From: the human T2T-CHM13v2.0 reference genome, Homo sapiens
Assembly: GCF_009914755.1 (NCBI RefSeq)
Contig: NC_060933.1
Length of the DNA stretch: 64,000 nucleotides
Reading direction: 5' to 3' (one strand)
Part shown: positions 59,101 through 64,000 of the stretch, in pieces
How positions within the stretch are numbered: position 1 is the first letter of the stretch
Layout of the letters: each line of letters starts with the position of its first letter
Position numbers and translations under genes: made by a program
The notes under the pieces: generated by a model
The model's input: only the letters and a program-made list of their open reading frames with translations
Told to the model about the DNA's origin: nothing
Database searches by the model: none

Positions 59101-60929
59101 ATAATATTACTTCCCATGTTGGTGTACACCCCTTTGTGGTATTGTTCCTAATATTCAGGCGGGAAAGGATGATATTACACTTCATATCACAGGGGGTGTA
59201 CACCCCCCTGTGATATTGTTCATAATATCCAACGGGGCAGGAAATGATATTACTCCTCAGTATTGCAGAGGGTGTAGACTTCCCTGTGATATTTTTCTTA
59301 ATATCCAGGAGGGGAGAGGATAATATTACTCCTCATATCGCAGGGGGTGTACACCCTTCTGTGATATTGTTCGTAATAACCGGGGAAGGAGAAGATAATA
59401 TTACTCCCCATAATTGCAGGAGGTGTACACCCCCTGGTGATACTGTTCGTAATATCCAGGGGGGAGAAGATTATATTACTCTCCATATCACAGGAGGCTT
59501 ACACACTCCAGTGATACTGTTTGTAATATCCAGGGGGGAGAGTAAAATATTACTTCCCATATCGCAGGGTGTGTACACGCTCCAGTGACATTGTTTGTAA
59601 TATCCAGGGGGGAAAAGAATAACATTACTCCCCATATTGCAGGGGGTGCACACCACCCTTTGATATTGTTTGTAATATCCAGGGAGAAAGAGGATAATAT
59701 TACTCCCCATATTGCAGGGGGTGTACCCCCCCCGTGATATTGTTCATAATATCCAGGTGTGGTGAGGTGGATATAACTCCCCATATTGAAGGGGGTGTTC
59801 ACCCCACTGTGATATTGTTCATAATGTCCAGAAGGGGAGAGGATAATATTACTCCCTTATCGCAGGTGGTGTACATCCCCCTGTGATATTATTCAAAATA
59901 GACAGAAGGAGAGAGGGTGATATTACTTCCCTGTGATATTGCTCATAATATCCAGAAGGGAAGGGATGATATTACTCCCCATATCACAGTCGGTGTACAC
60001 CCCCCTGTGATATTGTTCATAATATCTAGGGGGGAGAGAATAACATTACTCCCAATATCACAGGGGGTGTACATTTTCCTGTGATATTGTTCATAATATC
60101 CAGGAAGGGAGAGAATGATATTACTCGCAATATCATAGGGGGTGTACACCCAACTATGACATTGTTTGTAATGTCCAGTGGAGAAAGAATAATATTACTT
60201 CCAATATCACAGACGGTGTACACTCCCATGAGATATTCTTCATAATACCCAGATGGGGAGAGGATGATATTCCTGTGAATATCGCAGGAAGTGAACACCC
60301 CACTGTGGTATTGTTTGTTATATCTGGGGGGAAGAGGATGGTATTACTTTTAATATTGCAGATGGTGTACCACCCTTTGTGATATTTTTGATAATATACA
60401 GTGTAGGAAGGATGATATTACTCCCAATATCTCAAAGGGTGTTCCCCTTCTGTGATATTTTTTGTAATATCCAGGAGGGTAGAGAATGATATTACTCCCA
60501 ATATCGCAGGGGGTGTACACCTTCTGTGACATTGTTCCTAATAGCCAGCAGGAAAGAGGAAGTTATTGCTCCCAATATCACAGGGGGTATACACCCCCTT
60601 GTGATATTGTTCCTTATATCCTGGGAGGGAGATGATGATACTAGTGGCAATATCGCAGGGGGTGTACCCCCCCCATGATATTATTCTGAATATCCAAAGG
60701 GGGAGAATATGATATTGCTCCCAATATCACAGGGGGTGTACATCCTCCTGCTATATTGTTTCTTATATTTGGGGGAAAAGGATGATATTTCTGCCAATAT
60801 TGTGGGGGCTGTACACACCTCCTGGGATATTGTTCCTAATATTCCGGAGGGGAGAGCATAATATTACTCTCAATGTCGCAAGGGGTGTACACCTCCCCTG
60901 TGATATTGTTCTTAATATCCATGATGGGA

Positions 60930-61418
60930 TGCTGAGACCAGCCCAGTCAGAGAGACCCTAACCTAGCAGCACTAGAGGAATTAAAGACACACACACAGAA
61001 ATATAGAGTGTGGAGTGGGAAGTCAGGGGTCTCACAGCCTTCAGAACTGAAAGCCCCGAACAGAGATTTACCCACATATTTATCGACAGCAAGCCAGTCA
61101 TAAAATTTACTCAAAATATTCCTCATGTGAAATAAAGGGATGGGTCAAAATAAAGGGATGGGCTCTGGCTAGTTATCTGCAGCATGAACATGTCCTTAAG
61201 GCACAGATCGCTCATGCTATTGTTTGTGGTTTAAGAACACCTTAAGCAGTTTTCCACCCTGGGTGGGCCAGGTGTTCCTTGCCCTCATTCTGGTAAACTG
61301 ACAACCTTCCAGTGTGGGCATCAAGGCCGTCACGAGCATGTCACAGTACTGCAGAGATTTTGTTTATGGCCAGTTTTGGGGCCAGTTTATGGCCAGATTT
61401 GGGGGCCTGTTCCCAACA
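60930..61418 (-). mobile_element. Solo LTR, MER9-like (HERV-K HML-3)
   Basis: TG...CA termini. Minus strand starts TGTTGGGAACAGGCCCCCAAATCTGGCCATAAACTGGCCCCAAAACTGGCC. 6-bp TSD ATGGGA at 60924-60929 and 61419-61424. Confidence 0.88.
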
Positions 61419-64000
61419 ATGGGAGAAGATGATATTATTCCCAATATTGCAAGAAGTGTACAGCCTCCTGTGATATAGTTCCTAATATCTAGGTGGGGAG
61501 AGGGTAATATTACTCCCAATATCGCAGGAGTTGTAAAACCCCTTAGATATTTTCCCTACAATCCATGGGGGAGAAAATGATATTACTCCCAATACTGAAG
61601 AAGGTGTACACACACTCTATGACGTTGTTCCCAGTATCCACGTTGGGAGATGATGATATTATGCCCCATATCGCAGGAGATCTACACCCACTCTGGGATA
61701 TTGTTCCTAATAGAGAGGGGGGAGAGGATGATATTACTCCCAATATCACAAGAGCTGTACACCCCTTCTATGATATTGTTCCTAATATCCTAGGGAAGAG
61801 AGCATGATATTACACCCAATATCGCAGGGGGTGTACACCCACCCAGTGATATTGTTGTTAATGTCCAGGAAGGGAAAGGATGTTATTACTTCTGATATCG
61901 AAGAGGTGGTACTGACTCCCTGGTATATTGTTCCTAATATCCAGGGGAAGAGAGGATAACATTTTGCCCATTTTGCCCAATATTGCAAGGGATGTACACC
62001 CCCACTGTGATATTGTTCCTAATATCCAAAGGTAAAGAGGATGATATTACTCCCAACAGGGGGTGTACACCCATCTTGTGATACTGTTCTTAATATTTAG
62101 GGGGGAAGACAATGATAGTACTGTCCCTATCGCAGGGGTGGAAAATACCCCTTTGATATTGTTTTTAATATTTAGTGGGGGAGAGGATGATATTAATTCC
62201 AATATCACAGAAGACACACCCCCTGTGATATAGTTCCTAATATCCAGGGGAAGAGAAATATGACTCATAATAAGGCGAGGGGTGTACAGCCTCTCCATAA
62301 TATTGTTCCTAATATCCAGGGGGGATTAGAATGATATTACTCCCAATATCATAGAGGGCGTACAGCCCCCTGTGATATTGTTCCAAATATTTAGGTTGGG
62401 GAGAGGATGATATTACTCTCAATATCTCAGAGGGTGTACACCCTTCCTGGGATATTGTTTCTAATATCAAGTGGGGGAGAGGATGATATTGCTCCCAATA
62501 TTGCAGGGGGTATACACCCCCTGTTATTTTCTTCCTAATATCAAGGTTGGGAGAGAATTATATTACTGCCAATATCGCAGGAGTTGTACACTGCACCTGT
62601 GGTATTACTCCTAGTATCCAGGGAAAGAGAGAATGATATTACTCCCAATAGTGGAGGAGGTGTACACACCTCTGTGAAATTGTTCCTAATATCCAGTGGG
62701 TGAGACGATGATATTACTGGCAGGGGGTGTGCACCCCTTCTGTGATGTTGTATTTAATATCCAGGAGGGAGAGGATTACATTACTCCCAATATCACAGTG
62801 GGTGTACACCAACTCTGTGGTATTGTTCTTAATATCCAGGGAGGGAGAGGATGATATTGCTGTCAATATAGCCAGGGGTGGACACCCCTTCTTCGATATT
62901 GTTCCTAATATCCAGGGAGGAGAGCATGGTATTAATCCCAATATCGCTAGTGTATACACCCCTTTTTGATATTGTTCCTAATATCCCGGAGGAGAGTCTA
63001 TGATATTACTGGCCATATCACAGGGTGTGTTCATCACCACTGTTATATTGCTTCTTAGTTCAAACAATGAGGAAATCGATATTCCTCCCAAAATGGAATG
63101 GGCTGTACACCCCCCATGAGATATTGTTCCTAATATATCCCCTGGCTATTTTCGCAGGGGAATGAGGCACCTCCCGCGATACCGGGAGTAATAGCACTCC
63201 CCTCTCCCCCTTGGCTATTATGATCCACATCGCAGGGGGGTGAGGCACCCCCCGCAATATGGGGAGTAATAGCACCCCCTCTCCTGCCCTGGCTTTTACG
63301 ATCCACTTTGCAGGGGGTGAGGCACCCCCTGCGATATGGGGAGTAATAGCACCCCCCTCTTCCACCCTGGCTTTTATGATCCACAGTGGACTCATAGCCT
63401 GTTAATGATATTTTGAGTAATATCATCTCCCCCTCTGGAAATCATGAACTATTTCACAGACGGGTGTACACCCTCAGTGTAAAGAGGGTGTACACCCATC
63501 TGTATTGGGAGTAATATCATCCTCTTCTTCCCTGAATATTAAGAACAGTATCACAGGAGTGTTTCTACTCCCTGCAATATTGGGTGTCATATCCTCCTCT
63601 CTCACGTTGAAATGAGAAGCAGTATCACTGGGGGCATGTACACCTTCTGTGATATTTAAAGTAATATCATCCTCTTCCCTCCAGGATCATGGGAACAATA
63701 TCCCTGGGGGGTGTACACTTTCTGTGATATATGTAGTAATATCATCCCCTCCGCCTTGGAATATTATTAAGGACCTCTCACACGGGGGTGTACAACCCTG
63801 CAGTATTGGGAATATGATTATCCTCTCACCCCCCTGCTTATTTGGAAAAATATCAGAGTGAGTGTACACTTCCTGCGATACGGGGATTAATATCCTCTTC
63901 TCCCTTTCTGGATATTAGAAACAATATCGCACGGGGGTTTACACTTTCTTCGCTATCTGGAGTAATGTCATCTTCTCCTTTTTAATATTATTATTATACT

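Noticed and set aside
60930-61418. Proviral HERV-K genes
   Set aside because: Single LTR with the TSD on both sides and no primer-binding site or internal sequence: a solo LTR.

Overview
This is primate, almost certainly human, genomic DNA rather than a microbial locus. It holds the last intron and terminal coding exon of TMEM38B (TRIC-B, + strand, CDS 24544-24759 ending ...KKKHTKKNE). Inside that intron lies a full-length processed pseudogene of DEPDC1 (8726-15916) among nested Alu, L1, L2, MIR and LTR repeats. Downstream of the gene are two full-length but broken L1PA elements and a >20 kb SATR1/SATR2-type satellite array (about 43535 to the end) carrying an AluY and a MER9/HML-3 solo LTR. 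Four things stand out. (1) Three neighbouring L1PA copies share non-consensus mutations, including the same ORF2 frameshift and stop in two of them, which points to local gene conversion or a local parent-daughter jump. They also bracket the TMEM38B terminal exon as both direct and inverted repeats. (2) The DEPDC1 retrocopy preserves a 161-nt MIR-derived, stop-containing segment exactly where parental exons 1 and 2 should join. (3) The satellite monomer is built from nested palindromes, and the array flips orientation mostly at fold-back hairpins. (4) One L1 keeps an intact 71-aa ORF0. Repeat subfamily names and consensus residues are recalled from memory, not searched. I found no firm evidence of a new protein-coding system.
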